A DNA stretch of 64,000 nt from an uncultured Chloroflexia bacterium (GCA_963774265.1 CAVZDU010000001.1:1056001-1120000), one strand, 5' to 3'; shown: positions 10,272 through 20,217, counted from the stretch's first letter. Numbers and translations are program-made. The notes: generated by a model not told the origin, from the sequence alone.

Positions 10272-11592
10272 CCTGGATGTTCACGAAGGCTGTCATCCCC
10301 CAGCGCAACGCGGGGTCAAGGCCGGTGACCGTGACGATGACGGTGTAGTTCGTGCTGCCCTTCTCGGCCGAACTCATGGGCGCAACTCGGCCAATCGTGC
10401 CCCCAAACGTCTTCCCCGGCAGCGCATCAAAGGTGACCTCGACGGGCATCCCGACTTCCAGTTTCGCCACATCCGTCTCACGCAGATCCGTCGTTTCCAC
10501 TTGCATGTCGGATGTATCGCCGATGATCAGCGAGGACTGGCCCGCGACGGCAAGCTCGCCCGGACGGACGTAGACCGCGCCAATTTCACCTCCAAAGGGG
10601 GCGACCACCTGTGCCTGGGCCAGTTGCGCCTGAGTGACGTGGAGCGCGGCCTCTGCAGATTTCACTCGTGCATCGGCGATGGCGCGGTCCTCGACCGTCG
10701 CGCCGGCCTGCAGCCGGTCCATCGCGGCCCTGGCTCGCGCGATTTGGGCCTGTGCGGATGTCACCGCAGCTTCCGCCGCGGGCGTCTGCCCTTGAGCGAT
10801 GTTGACCTGGGCCTTCGCAGCCTCCACCTGGGCGCGCACCACGGCAAGCTGTTGAGGTGTGGCGCCCTGCACCGCCAGATCGTAGGCAGCCTGCGCCGAA
10901 GTCAGGGCCAGTGTGCTCTGCTCGAGAGCCAGCGCCTCGGGCCGCGCCGCGATGTGCGGATCGCCCTTCGCCGCATCGTAGGCGGCTTGCGCCTGCTTGA
11001 GCGCGGCCTGCGCCTGGGCGAGCTGTGCCTCCGCGGCCTGGCGGCTAGCCGCGGCCGGGGGACTGGCGAGCTCCCGGTATTGCGCTTCGACCACCGCGAC
11101 TTGCGCCTGGGCCGCGGCTACACCGTCGCGCGTTTGTTGCAGGGCTGCTTGGGCCTGGGCCAATGCCCCATCCGCGGCCGCGATCTCGGCCGTGGCCGCC
11201 GCGATCTCCTCCGGCGTGGCACCTGCGAGGAGTTTCGCGCGTGCCGCCTCAGCCTCCGCAAGCGCGGCCTCTGCCGTTTCCACCTGGCCCAGCAGCACGC
11301 CGTTGTCCAGTTCGACCAGCAGGTCCCCGGGCTCGACCCGGTCGCCCTCGACCACATGCACCGTTTTGACCGTGCCCGCACTCATGGGGCTCACCGCGGC
11401 CCATCGCACCGGGACCAGCTTGCCCGACGCCCAGATCACGTTGTCCTGGAGTGTCTCGGTTTCTTTCTGAACGGGCGTGGGGGCATTGCGCGACTGGTAG
11501 GCGCGATACGCGAAGTAGCCGCCCGCGAGGACGACGACGATAACAGCTACGATGATCCAGGTGCGCTTCATCCAGAACCTCCTACCCGTCAC
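10264..11592 (-). CDS. HlyD/MacA-type membrane fusion (adaptor) protein
   Basis: N-terminal TM, lipoyl-like halves (V.EGDRVEPG / APFGG) and a long Ala/Gln coiled coil. Confidence 0.88.
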   Translation of the reverse strand: MTGRRFWMKRTWIIVAVIVVVLAGGYFAYRAYQSRNAPTPVQKETETLQDNVIWASGKLVPVRWAAVSPMSAGTVKTVHVVEGDRVEPGDLLVELDNGVLLGQVETAEAALAEAEAARAKLLAGATPEEIAAATAEIAAADGALAQAQAALQQTRDGVAAAQAQVAVVEAQYRELASPPAAASRQAAEAQLAQAQAALKQAQAAYDAAKGDPHIAARPEALALEQSTLALTSAQAAYDLAVQGATPQQLAVVRAQVEAAKAQVNIAQGQTPAAEAAVTSAQAQIARARAAMDRLQAGATVEDRAIADARVKSAEAALHVTQAQLAQAQVVAPFGGEIGAVYVRPGELAVAGQSSLIIGDTSDMQVETTDLRETDVAKLEVGMPVEVTFDALPGKTFGGTIGRVAPMSSAEKGSTNYTVIVTVTGLDPALRWGMTAFVNIQGD

Positions 11593-13832
11593 TCATACCG
11601 CAGCGCTTCCACCGGCTGGAGCCGGCTGGCGCGCCACGCGGGGTACAGGCCCGCGATCAGGCCGACAACCAAGGCCATGAGCACGGCCCGCACGAAGATG
11701 CCCGCGTCCCACGAGGGCGCCAAGAGCGCTCCGACGGTTGGCTCCAGAACTAAGAGCTCCATTAGGGCCACGCCCATGACCGCGCCCATCACGCTCGCCA
11801 GGAGGCACAGCAGCAACCCTTCCTGGAGAACCTGGTTGAGGATGCGCCGCTTGGGCCAGCCCAGGGCGCGCAGTACACCGATCTCCCGGGTGCGCTCGTA
11901 GATTGACATCATCATCGTGTTGGCGACCACGATGCCGCCAACCAGCAATGCGAGCAGGCCGATCGCGGCCGTCATGGCGTCGAGTTGGGCCATGGAATCA
12001 GTGTCCTGTGCAAAGTTGCTGCTGAGGCTCACCTGCGCATCGGGGTATCGTCGCGCCATCGCCGCGCGCAGCGGCTCGGCCTGGGCCGGGTTGGTCGCAT
12101 CCACGAAGATGAAGCTGACTTGCCGCGGCCGGTTCAGCAGGCGCTGCGCTTCTTTGAGTGCGAGCATGGCGCTGCCATCCTCGTAGGCGATGCCGGTCTG
12201 CACGATGCCCACGACACGATAGCGGTTGTCGTAGAGGGTGAACCAGTCTCCGATCCCCACTTTATAGTTGGTCGCGACGATCTTGCCCAGCACCACCTCG
12301 TTCGGCCGCTGGACATATCTGCCCTCGACCAGTTTGTAGTGTTTCATCGCGCTGCTGTTGGGATCCAGCCCGCCGATCATCAGGAACGGCATCTCCGGCG
12401 TCATCTCGAAGCCGAGCAGCATCGGGCTCGCGGACTTCACCCCGGGCATCGCACGAATCTGGTTAACCATTTGCTCATCGAGGGTCGACAGGCTCAGGTC
12501 GGCCACCTTGGCCTGCATCAACGAGAGCTGGCCCGGCTCGCCGCTGCCTGCCAACATATTGAGCTGGTCGATCACGCCCTTCGACATGCCGCCCAACATG
12601 ACGAGGGTCGCCACACCGATGCCGATGCCCGTGGCAGAGATCAGCGTGCGCGACCGGCGGCGCCAGAGGTTGCGAATGGGCAGCCCGACGCCGGGCAGGC
12701 GACTGAGGAATGCCTGGCTGGCGGCGGGTCGGTCCGCCGCGCCCCCTTCGTAACGCAGCGCCTCGACGGGCTGCAGGTTGGCCGCGCGCCAGGCGGGGTA
12801 GGCGCCACCGAACAGGCCGAGCAGCACGGCGGTCAGCAGGCCCTGAACGAAGATATCGACCGAGTAGACGCCCTCCAGGAAGCCGCCGATGCCTTGCACA
12901 TTGCCGGCCATTTCGGTGAGCGCCACGCCCAGTCCCGCGCCGAGCACGCCCCCGATCAGGCTCAGCACGAGCGCCTCGCCAAGAATCAGGCGGATGATGC
13001 GGCCGCGCCGCCAGCCGAGCGCGCGCAGGACGCCAATCTCCCGCGTGCGCTCCATCACGGACATCACCATCGTGTTCATCATGCCAAGCCCGCCGACTAC
13101 GATGGCGATTCCTGCGATGCCCAGTGCGAACCCTTCGATCATGCCGGCCCACTGCTCGGTGGCGTCGTAGTCGCTCGCCACCGAGGCGCTCAGGTCTTCG
13201 TCGGTGGCCTGGATGCGCGCGACGACCTGGTCCATATCGGTCCCGCGCTGCACGCCCACCTGGAACAGGCTCACCTGCCGCGGCTTCTGGCTGATCTCCT
13301 GGGCGTCGGCCAGAGTCACGAGCCCGCCCGATTCCTCCATGGCCTGGCCGGTCTCGTAGATGCCTACGATCCGGTACGGCACACCATACAGGCGGACCGT
13401 ATCCTCGATGCCCTTCTTGAGAGACTCCACCGCGCGGCGGCCCATCGCGACCTGCTTTGGCCCCGTGACAGGCTTGCCCTCGACGATGCGGTAGTGACTG
13501 GCCGCTTGACTGCCGGGCTCATAACCAAAGATGAGGAAGAAGGGCATCTCTTCCGTGGCGATCCAGGCGTAGACACCGGGCTCGACCGACGCAACGCCCG
13601 GGATCGCCTCGATGCGTCGCGCGGCGTCTTCGTCCAGACTGGAAAACAGGGGATCAAACGCGTTGGCCTGGATCACCAGCAGATCATTGTCCACGGCGAT
13701 ACTGGTCGCATAGTTCATTGTCATGCCCCGGGCCATGGCGCCCAGCGCGACCACAGCGGCCACGCCAATGGCAATGCCCAGGATGGTTAAGAGGCTGCGA
13801 GTGCGCCGTCGCCACAAAGTCTTCAGGATCAT
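11589..13832 (-). CDS. ABC permease with tandem MacB_PCD/FtsX modules
   Basis: Two copies of NTM.MS..ERTREIGVLRALGW and PAWRA..LQPVEALRYE. Confidence 0.92.
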   Translation of the reverse strand: MILKTLWRRRTRSLLTILGIAIGVAAVVALGAMARGMTMNYATSIAVDNDLLVIQANAFDPLFSSLDEDAARRIEAIPGVASVEPGVYAWIATEEMPFFLIFGYEPGSQAASHYRIVEGKPVTGPKQVAMGRRAVESLKKGIEDTVRLYGVPYRIVGIYETGQAMEESGGLVTLADAQEISQKPRQVSLFQVGVQRGTDMDQVVARIQATDEDLSASVASDYDATEQWAGMIEGFALGIAGIAIVVGGLGMMNTMVMSVMERTREIGVLRALGWRRGRIIRLILGEALVLSLIGGVLGAGLGVALTEMAGNVQGIGGFLEGVYSVDIFVQGLLTAVLLGLFGGAYPAWRAANLQPVEALRYEGGAADRPAASQAFLSRLPGVGLPIRNLWRRRSRTLISATGIGIGVATLVMLGGMSKGVIDQLNMLAGSGEPGQLSLMQAKVADLSLSTLDEQMVNQIRAMPGVKSASPMLLGFEMTPEMPFLMIGGLDPNSSAMKHYKLVEGRYVQRPNEVVLGKIVATNYKVGIGDWFTLYDNRYRVVGIVQTGIAYEDGSAMLALKEAQRLLNRPRQVSFIFVDATNPAQAEPLRAAMARRYPDAQVSLSSNFAQDTDSMAQLDAMTAAIGLLALLVGGIVVANTMMMSIYERTREIGVLRALGWPKRRILNQVLQEGLLLCLLASVMGAVMGVALMELLVLEPTVGALLAPSWDAGIFVRAVLMALVVGLIAGLYPAWRASRLQPVEALRYE

Positions 13833-14095
13833 CGTCTTTTATCCAGTCTAAACAACTAATATCCTGTTTTGGGCATTCAGTCAATAGCGACACGCCCCAA
13901 GTGCCTGCCACGCGCGCAGATTCATCGAATTTGCGTTTCCGGAAGTAGTATGGTACAAGCAGAATAATTGATAACCATCCGTCGACGATACGACTCAGGT
14001 AGAAGCTCCCACAAGCACCAGCCCTGTTAGTTCTCGCACCGTCGGATAGATCAAGAGGCAAATCTTTTCACCCAACAGGAGTTAGTGAGACTAAC

Positions 14096-14534
14096 ATGGC
14101 AGATCAAACCCTTACTTGCACGGATTGCGGCGCGCGAATTCACGTTCACCGAGAGCGAGCAGGAATTCTATCAGTCCAAGGGCTTCAGCACCCCTGGACG
14201 TTGTCCGTCGTGCCGCGCGGCCCGCAAGGCTGCACGCAACAGCGGTGGTGGCTATGGTGGGAGCAGTTATGGCAGCGGTGGTGGTTACGGTGGCGAACGC
14301 CAGATGTACCCGGCCGTTTGCGCACAGTGTGGCAAGCAAACCGAAGTTCCGTTCCAGCCCCGTGGCGATCGCCCGGTGTACTGCTCGGACTGCTTCCGCA
14401 GCCAGGGTGGCGGCGGCGGTGGTTATGGTGGCGGTGGCCGCTCCGGCGGCGGCCGCTCGAGCGGTGGTGGTTACGGTGGTGGTGGCGGCGGCCGCTCCAG
14501 CGGTGGTCGTTCCGATCGCGGTGGGCGCTACTAA
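14096..14534 (+). CDS. Zinc-ribbon CxxC-x17-CxxC protein with Gly/Arg/Tyr-rich tail (frameshift at ~14131)
   Basis: MADQTLTCTDCG joined to EFTFTESEQEFY...RCPSC...CAQCG...VPFQP...VYCSDC; AGGAG SD. Confidence 0.85.
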
Positions 14535-14566
14535 TTAGCGTCTCCACTCAGATTACTGAGTAACCG

Positions 14567-14600
14567 AAACCAGGTTCCCGTACGGGAACCTGGTTTTTCT
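14567..14600 (+). terminator. Intrinsic terminator (perfect 30-bp palindrome plus T tract)
   Basis: aaaccaggttcccgtacgggaacctggttt followed by ttct; a small actcag/ctgagt hairpin precedes it. Confidence 0.85.
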
Positions 14601-14732
14601 ATCTATCGGCCGCGGGACCGGAACTGCCACGCAGATTCCAGACACAGAGTCGCACCCGGTGTACACTTATCCTGACTTTTTACCTGCCGCCTGTAGCGGG
14701 CGGTTCGACCTGTCAGGAAGGAGTATGGATAC

Positions 14733-15161
14733 ATGCCTGTTCGCAATGCGCAAGCGGTTTGGGAAGGTGATTTATTGAAGGGCCGCGGCCGGATGTCTTT
14801 CGGCAGCGGTGCGTTTGAGGGCCAATATTCGTTTTCTTCTCGTTTTGAGGAAGGTGTTGGCACCAACCCCGAGGAGCTGATTGCCGCGGCGCATGCCGGC
14901 TGCTTCTCGATGGCATTTTCCAACGAGCTGGCCAAGGCCGGCTTCACGCCGACGCGCGTCGAGACCACCGCCAAGGTGAGGCTCCTCAAGGGCGCTACAG
15001 GCTTCAAGATCACCCGCATCGACCTGGCGACCCTGGGCGAGGTCCCGAACATCTCGGAAGAACAGTTCAGGGAGATCGCGGAGGGCGCCAAAATTGGTTG
15101 TCCCGTGTCGCAATTGCTGACCGGCGCAGAGATCTTCCTCACGGCGACGCTCAAGAAGTAA
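14733..15161 (+). CDS. osmC: OsmC-family peroxiredoxin
   Basis: GTNPEELIAAAHAGCFSMA and AK.GCPVS. Confidence 0.93.
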   Translation: MPVRNAQAVWEGDLLKGRGRMSFGSGAFEGQYSFSSRFEEGVGTNPEELIAAAHAGCFSMAFSNELAKAGFTPTRVETTAKVRLLKGATGFKITRIDLATLGEVPNISEEQFREIAEGAKIGCPVSQLLTGAEIFLTATLKK

Positions 15162-15203
15162 AGCGCTGAGCGCGAATCGGTTGGCGTCTATTGGCGGCGA
15201 GGC

Positions 15204-15235
15204 CAGGCTCCCCTCCACGGGGAGCCTGTTTCTTT
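15204..15235 (+). terminator. Intrinsic terminator after osmC
   Basis: caggctcccc-tccac-ggggagcctg then tttcttt. Confidence 0.8.
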
Positions 15236-15253
15236 GCAAGGATATCGCACATA

Positions 15254-16387
15254 GTGAGACTACGAGTTCTAACCTTCAACACCTGGGGTGTGCCGTTCTT
15301 TTCCAGGGACCGTGCTGCGCGGATGCGCGCGATCGGTCGCGCGCTGGCCCGCATGGATGTGGATGTGGTGGGCCTGCAAGAGGTTTTCTACGAGAAGGAT
15401 CGCCGGCTGGTCGCCCGCGCGGCAGCAGAAGGCGGCCTGGTACACAGTCACTACTTCCAGTCGGGCCTGGTGGGAAGTGGCCTGTTCACCCTTTCACGCT
15501 ATCCGATCGGCGAGACGAGTTTCCTCCGCTTTCAGCTCAACGGACGGCCCCAGGATCTCATCCGCAGCGACTACTACGCGGGCAAGGGCGTGGGTCGAGT
15601 CCGAGTTCTGACGCCAGAAGGTCCGGTGGATGTCTACAATGCCCACTTTGTGGCGCCCTATCTCGAACTTGGCCCGGATCGCTTTGCCGCGCACCGGGTA
15701 GCCCAGGCCCTCGAAGCGAGCCGTCACATGCGGGCGACGTCCGGTCCAATCCCTGCGGTCCTCACCTGTGACTTGAACTGCTATCCCGACGATCTGACAT
15801 ACCAAACGATTGTCGGTTCGGCCGGGCTGGTGGAAACTTACAGCGCGTCGCATCCCGAGGGCGGCGAGGACGCGGTCACCGATCGGAACGGCTACGCAAC
15901 CATCCACCCGCCCGCACGGTTTGACTACATTTTTGCGCGCTCAGGAACGGCGGGGACCTTGAGCGTTGCTCACTCACGTTTTGTTCTGGGCGGCGCGCCA
16001 GATCCCAACCCTGATGGCGTGGCTGGCTACTCGGATCATTACGGTGTCCTCACTGAATTCGAGCTGGCGTCTGGGCCTGAGGCTGCTTTGACCGAATCGG
16101 CGACCGAGCCGGCGCTGTGGTCATCGATCGGCGATTTCCTGGGGCTGGGCATCCATCGCAACCGCACCCAAAGGCGCAGGGCGAGTCTTGCGGCCGCGGC
16201 CGCAAGCGTCACCTCTGCTGCACTCCTGAGGTCCGGAAAAGCTCGGCCCGCGGGGTCCGGCGCACGCGTGTTGGTGACCGCGCTGCTGGCAGGCCTGCTT
16301 GTGGCGGGCGGCGTGAATCTGTCTACCGCGGCACGGCTTAATTCGGAAACGAATACGCTTGCGACGCTTCTGGCCGGAAATTCGTAA
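15254..16387 (+). CDS. EEP-superfamily phosphodiesterase, neutral sphingomyelinase SMPD2/ISC1-like, with two C-terminal hydrophobic segments
   Basis: LTFNTWG, LQEV, GSGL..LSRYPI, GKGV, AHRVAQA, DLN, RFDYI, SDH. Confidence 0.78.
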   Translation: MRLRVLTFNTWGVPFFSRDRAARMRAIGRALARMDVDVVGLQEVFYEKDRRLVARAAAEGGLVHSHYFQSGLVGSGLFTLSRYPIGETSFLRFQLNGRPQDLIRSDYYAGKGVGRVRVLTPEGPVDVYNAHFVAPYLELGPDRFAAHRVAQALEASRHMRATSGPIPAVLTCDLNCYPDDLTYQTIVGSAGLVETYSASHPEGGEDAVTDRNGYATIHPPARFDYIFARSGTAGTLSVAHSRFVLGGAPDPNPDGVAGYSDHYGVLTEFELASGPEAALTESATEPALWSSIGDFLGLGIHRNRTQRRRASLAAAAASVTSAALLRSGKARPAGSGARVLVTALLAGLLVAGGVNLSTAARLNSETNTLATLLAGNS

Positions 16388-16421
16388 GGGGCAATCCCTG
16401 GAGACCGGAGATTGATACGCT

Positions 16422-16955
16422 ATGGACCTGGCCCAAGACCTCGCGCGCATAGCCTTACAAGAAGAGCGGTTGCAGTTTCAGAGTTTTGACGCCACGACTG
16501 CTTGGGTTATCGGCACCCGGTTGCGGGAGGTTGCCGCAGCTCGTGGCGCGGCAGTGGCGATCGACATCCAACTGACTGGGCACCCGTTGTTCTTTGCGGC
16601 GATGCCGGGCATTGCGATGCCGGGCATTGCCATGCCGGGCACGACCCCAAACAACATCGACTGGATACGCCGCAAACGCAATGTCGTGCTGCGGTTTCAC
16701 CGAAGTTCGTATGCGGTGGGCCTGGAGCTGCAACAGCAGCAAAAGACTCTGACGGAAACGTTAGGCGTGGAGTCGCGTGATTACGCTCCACATGGCGGTT
16801 GTTTCCCGATCAATCTCCGCGGGACCGGGTGTGTGGGCACGATAACGGTGTCTGGTTTGCCGCAACGCGACGATCATGAATTGGTCGTTGAGGTCCTGGC
16901 GGAGTTCCTCGGTCAGCCATTAGGGGAATTGGCGTTGGATACCTCACCGCGCTGA
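16422..16955 (+). CDS. Heme-degrading-domain (GlcG/HbpS, UPF0303-like) protein
   Basis: QEERLQF..FD, WIRRKRNVV.RF..SS, GGCFPI, VSGLPQRDDH. Confidence 0.85.
   Translation: MDLAQDLARIALQEERLQFQSFDATTAWVIGTRLREVAAARGAAVAIDIQLTGHPLFFAAMPGIAMPGIAMPGTTPNNIDWIRRKRNVVLRFHRSSYAVGLELQQQQKTLTETLGVESRDYAPHGGCFPINLRGTGCVGTITVSGLPQRDDHELVVEVLAEFLGQPLGELALDTSPR
16599..16642 (+). repeat. 15-bp tandem repeat, about 3 copies, in frame (AMPGI AMPGI AMPGT)
   Basis: gcgatgccgggcatt gcgatgccgggcatt gccatgccgggcac. Confidence 0.9.
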
Positions 16956-16994
16956 TAACGGAACGGCGCATCCTCGATTGAGGAGGTGGCAGCT

Positions 16995-17975
16995 ATGGCT
17001 CAGAGCGGAACGCCCGACAGGCGCTCGGGCGCCTTCGGCAGTGAATTCGACAGGCCTGGCAATCTGCCGGCTGCAGGAGAGCGCCAAGACGGAGACACGC
17101 CAGGCCGGGTGACCCTGCGTGACGGTCGCGGCCTCGCCTATGCCGAGTATGGGGACCCCAAGGGTATTCCTGTACTCTTTTTCCATGGCCTGCCGAGCTG
17201 CAGGTTGATGCACCCCGATGCGGAGCTGTCGCGTGCGCTCGGTGTGCGGTTGCTCACAGTAGATCGCCCCGGCTTCGGTCGCTCGGATCAGAAACCTGGG
17301 CGCACACTGCTTGACTGGACAGACGACGTCGCTAACTTCGCTGACAGCCTTGGGCTCCACCAATTTATGGTCGTCGGCCCTTCGGGTGGGGGACCCTTTG
17401 TCGCTGCCTGTGCCTACAAGCTACCTTCGCGAATCACGCGTGCGGCCATTGTGGGCAGCTCAGGACCGGTGGACGGCCCCGGAGCGCTTGTGGGCATGGC
17501 GCCTGAGCGCCGTATCGGATACTGGCTCGCGCGACACACGCCGGCGCTCTTGCCGCTGGTAGTTCGGTGGCGCGGGGATCCGAGGCGCGACCCCGAGAAG
17601 TTTTTCGCCAATTACACCCGCCATAATCCAGAATCTGACCAGGAACTGCTGGCGCGGCCCGAGGTGCGGCAGATGTTTCTGGCAAGCTACAGTGAGGCAA
17701 CCCGCCAGGGGATTGACGCATTTGCCTATGAGCTGGTGCTTGTATCAGGCCCCTGGGGATTTCGACTGGAGGAAATTCGGGTGCAGACGACCATCTGGCA
17801 GGGAGAAGCTGATAACAGCACCCCTATCGGCATGGCGAGAGCGATGGCTGAGGCGATACCGCATGCATCGCTTCGCGTTTTGCCCGGAGAGGGGCATCTG
17901 ATCTTCCTGTCGCGCTGGAAGGAGATCGTCGAAGACCTCCTGGCGCCCGGCGTGCCGCCAACGGGCGCCATCTGA
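16995..17975 (+). CDS. Alpha/beta hydrolase
   Basis: FFHG, DRPGFGRS, GPSGG nucleophile elbow, D and GH triad residues. Confidence 0.88.
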   Translation: MAQSGTPDRRSGAFGSEFDRPGNLPAAGERQDGDTPGRVTLRDGRGLAYAEYGDPKGIPVLFFHGLPSCRLMHPDAELSRALGVRLLTVDRPGFGRSDQKPGRTLLDWTDDVANFADSLGLHQFMVVGPSGGGPFVAACAYKLPSRITRAAIVGSSGPVDGPGALVGMAPERRIGYWLARHTPALLPLVVRWRGDPRRDPEKFFANYTRHNPESDQELLARPEVRQMFLASYSEATRQGIDAFAYELVLVSGPWGFRLEEIRVQTTIWQGEADNSTPIGMARAMAEAIPHASLRVLPGEGHLIFLSRWKEIVEDLLAPGVPPTGAI

Positions 17976-18020
17976 ACCGCGCTGCGATGGGCGGACCGTT
18001 TCCTCAACGATCCAACAATA

Positions 18021-19094
18021 CTAGGCCGCCACCTCCACATCGTCGCCGTTCACGCGTACTGGGAAAGACGCGACCGCTTCTTCGGCCGGCCCCGCCAGCA
18101 CCGCGCCCGTGGTCACGTCGAAGATGGCGCCGTGCATCGGACAGGTGAGTTCCTTGCCGGCCAGATCGCCCTCAGACAACATGGCGCTCCTGTGCGGGCA
18201 CTCGTCGGCGACGGCATAAAGAGCGCCGTCAACATTGCACAAGACGATGGGGCGACCGTTCGCCTGGACCGCGAGCATTCGCCCGGGCTTCACTGCACTC
18301 GCCGACGCCACCTTCACATACCGCGGGCCCACTGTCGCAGATTGCGGCTGAGCCTGACGAGGCCGCGCTTCGTAGCCCGAGAATTCCTCCGCGATGACCC
18401 GGCCGGGGTCCACACCCGCGGCGAGCACGGCCTGAGTCACTGCTGCGACGAGGCCGGGCGGCCCCGCGACATAGAAAGTAGACCCGCTGAGATCATCTAC
18501 ATGGTCGCGCAAGAACGCAACGTCGACCGTCCGCCGCTCACCGGTCCAGCTCTGGCGCGAAGCCTCGGCCTGACTCATGGTCGGCACGTACTTGAGGCCG
18601 GCGTACTCTTTGGCTAGACGTGCAAATTCAGCGTGGAAGGCGGCGCCCTCAGGGGTGCGGTTGGCATAAATCAGCGTGATGCTGTGTGAAAGGCGACGGC
18701 TCGCCGCATCGAGGACCATGCTGCGGAACGGCGTGATGCCGATGCCGCCCGCAACGAAGACAACCGGCCGGCCGCCGCTCGCAGAGAGCGTAAACGATCC
18801 GGCAGGGCCGAAGATCTGGAGCGGCGTCCCGAGCGGGGCATCGGCCAGGCTGCGCTTGAGCGCGCTCCCCGTCATGCGAGTGGCGACCAACAGATGGCCT
18901 GTCTCCTGGGGTGGCGACGCGACCGAGAAAGTGCGGACGTTGCCCTTCTCATCATTGTACAAGGGGTCGGGCAGGGTCAGCGTCTGATATTGGCCGGCGA
19001 CGAAATCAAAGCCTGCAGGCCGCTCCAGGGCAAAGGCCATCGTGCCCTCAGCGACTTCCGTTCGGTTAAGGAGCTTACTTGCAAATCTTGGCAT
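18021..19094 (-). CDS. FNR-type FAD/NAD(P) oxidoreductase fused to a C-terminal Rieske [2Fe-2S] ferredoxin
   Basis: RTFSVAS, AGGIGITPF, YVAGP, EEF; then CPH...CPMHG. Confidence 0.88.
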   Translation of the reverse strand: MPRFASKLLNRTEVAEGTMAFALERPAGFDFVAGQYQTLTLPDPLYNDEKGNVRTFSVASPPQETGHLLVATRMTGSALKRSLADAPLGTPLQIFGPAGSFTLSASGGRPVVFVAGGIGITPFRSMVLDAASRRLSHSITLIYANRTPEGAAFHAEFARLAKEYAGLKYVPTMSQAEASRQSWTGERRTVDVAFLRDHVDDLSGSTFYVAGPPGLVAAVTQAVLAAGVDPGRVIAEEFSGYEARPRQAQPQSATVGPRYVKVASASAVKPGRMLAVQANGRPIVLCNVDGALYAVADECPHRSAMLSEGDLAGKELTCPMHGAIFDVTTGAVLAGPAEEAVASFPVRVNGDDVEVAA

Positions 19095-19227
19095 GGCGTC
19101 CTCTCCCCAATAGCATCAGTTTCAGGTAACACGCATTGTACCATTCCTGTGTCATCCTGTGATAAGATGGGCTGCGGATGTGCCGAGTACGGGAACCCTA
19201 AGGGTATCCCTCTAAGGAGCGTCTCGA

Positions 19228-20193
19228 ATGATTCCAACCGATCAACCCGCGGCGTCAACCGTCGATGTCATTGGGAATACCCCGCTCGTCGAATTGTCCC
19301 GGCTCACGAAAGGGCTTGGCGGTCGAATCTTCGCAAAGCTGGAGTACCTCAACCCCGGCTTCTCGAAGAAAGACCGCATCGCGCGCCAGATCATCGAAGA
19401 TGCTGAAGCCGATGGCACGCTCCAGCCGGGTCAAACCGTGGTCGAGTTGACCAGCGGGAACACGGGAACCGGGCTCGCGATTGTCTGCGCAGTCAAGGAC
19501 TATCGATTTGTGGCCGTTATGTCCGAAGGGAACTCGATCGAACGCGCCCGCATGATGGCGGCCCTGGGGGCGGAAGTAGTCCGGGTCAAGCAACTGCCAG
19601 GCTCCAAACCAGGCCAGGTTTCAGGCGGTGACCTGGCGTTGGTTGAGCAGGAAGCGCAGAGACTTGCGGCTGAGCGCCGGGCCTTCCGGGCTGACCAGTT
19701 CCGGCTGGAGGGCAATTTCCGTGCGCACTATTTGCACACCGGGCCGGAGTTCATCCGGCAATCCGGTGGCGCGATTGATGCCTTCTGTGATTTTGCAGGC
19801 ACCGGCGGCTCGTTCGCAGGCTGCGCGGCGGCTCTCAAGGAATTCAATCCAGCGATCCAGTGCTTTGTGGTCGAACCCGACGGCGCGGCGGTGCTGGCTG
19901 GTGAGCCGGTGAGCAACCCCAATCATCGCATCCAGGGCGGCGGTTACAGCATGCCTGACTTGCCGTTGCTCCGGCCCGAACACATCGACGGTTATTTGAA
20001 GGTGAGCGATGTCGAGGTCGTTCGCATCGCACGCCGGCTCGCACGAGAAGAAGGGGTCTTTGCGGGATTCTCGTCCGGGGCAAATGCGGCGGCGGCGTTA
20101 TATCTCCTGCAGACATCCTTCAGGGACAAGACCATCGCCATCATGCTGAATGACTCGGGGCTGAAGTACCTGAGTACGGACCTGTGGGAGTAG
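19228..20193 (+). CDS. PLP-dependent cysteine synthase family protein
   Basis: IGNTPLV, KLEYLNPGFSKKDR, TSGNTG, GTGG, G.SSGA, DSGLKYLST. Confidence 0.88.
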   Translation: MIPTDQPAASTVDVIGNTPLVELSRLTKGLGGRIFAKLEYLNPGFSKKDRIARQIIEDAEADGTLQPGQTVVELTSGNTGTGLAIVCAVKDYRFVAVMSEGNSIERARMMAALGAEVVRVKQLPGSKPGQVSGGDLALVEQEAQRLAAERRAFRADQFRLEGNFRAHYLHTGPEFIRQSGGAIDAFCDFAGTGGSFAGCAAALKEFNPAIQCFVVEPDGAAVLAGEPVSNPNHRIQGGGYSMPDLPLLRPEHIDGYLKVSDVEVVRIARRLAREEGVFAGFSSGANAAAALYLLQTSFRDKTIAIMLNDSGLKYLSTDLWE

Positions 20194-20217
20194 TTGTCGG
20201 GTGGCTTGTTGACGCTA

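Noticed and set aside
10240-13790. Long plus-strand ORFs 10240..11901 and 11985..13790
   Set aside because: Antisense shadows of the exporter genes, expected with high-GC codon usage; no recognisable motifs
14240-14525. GGT/GGC repeats as a DNA repeat element
   Set aside because: Explained by the Gly-rich protein tail
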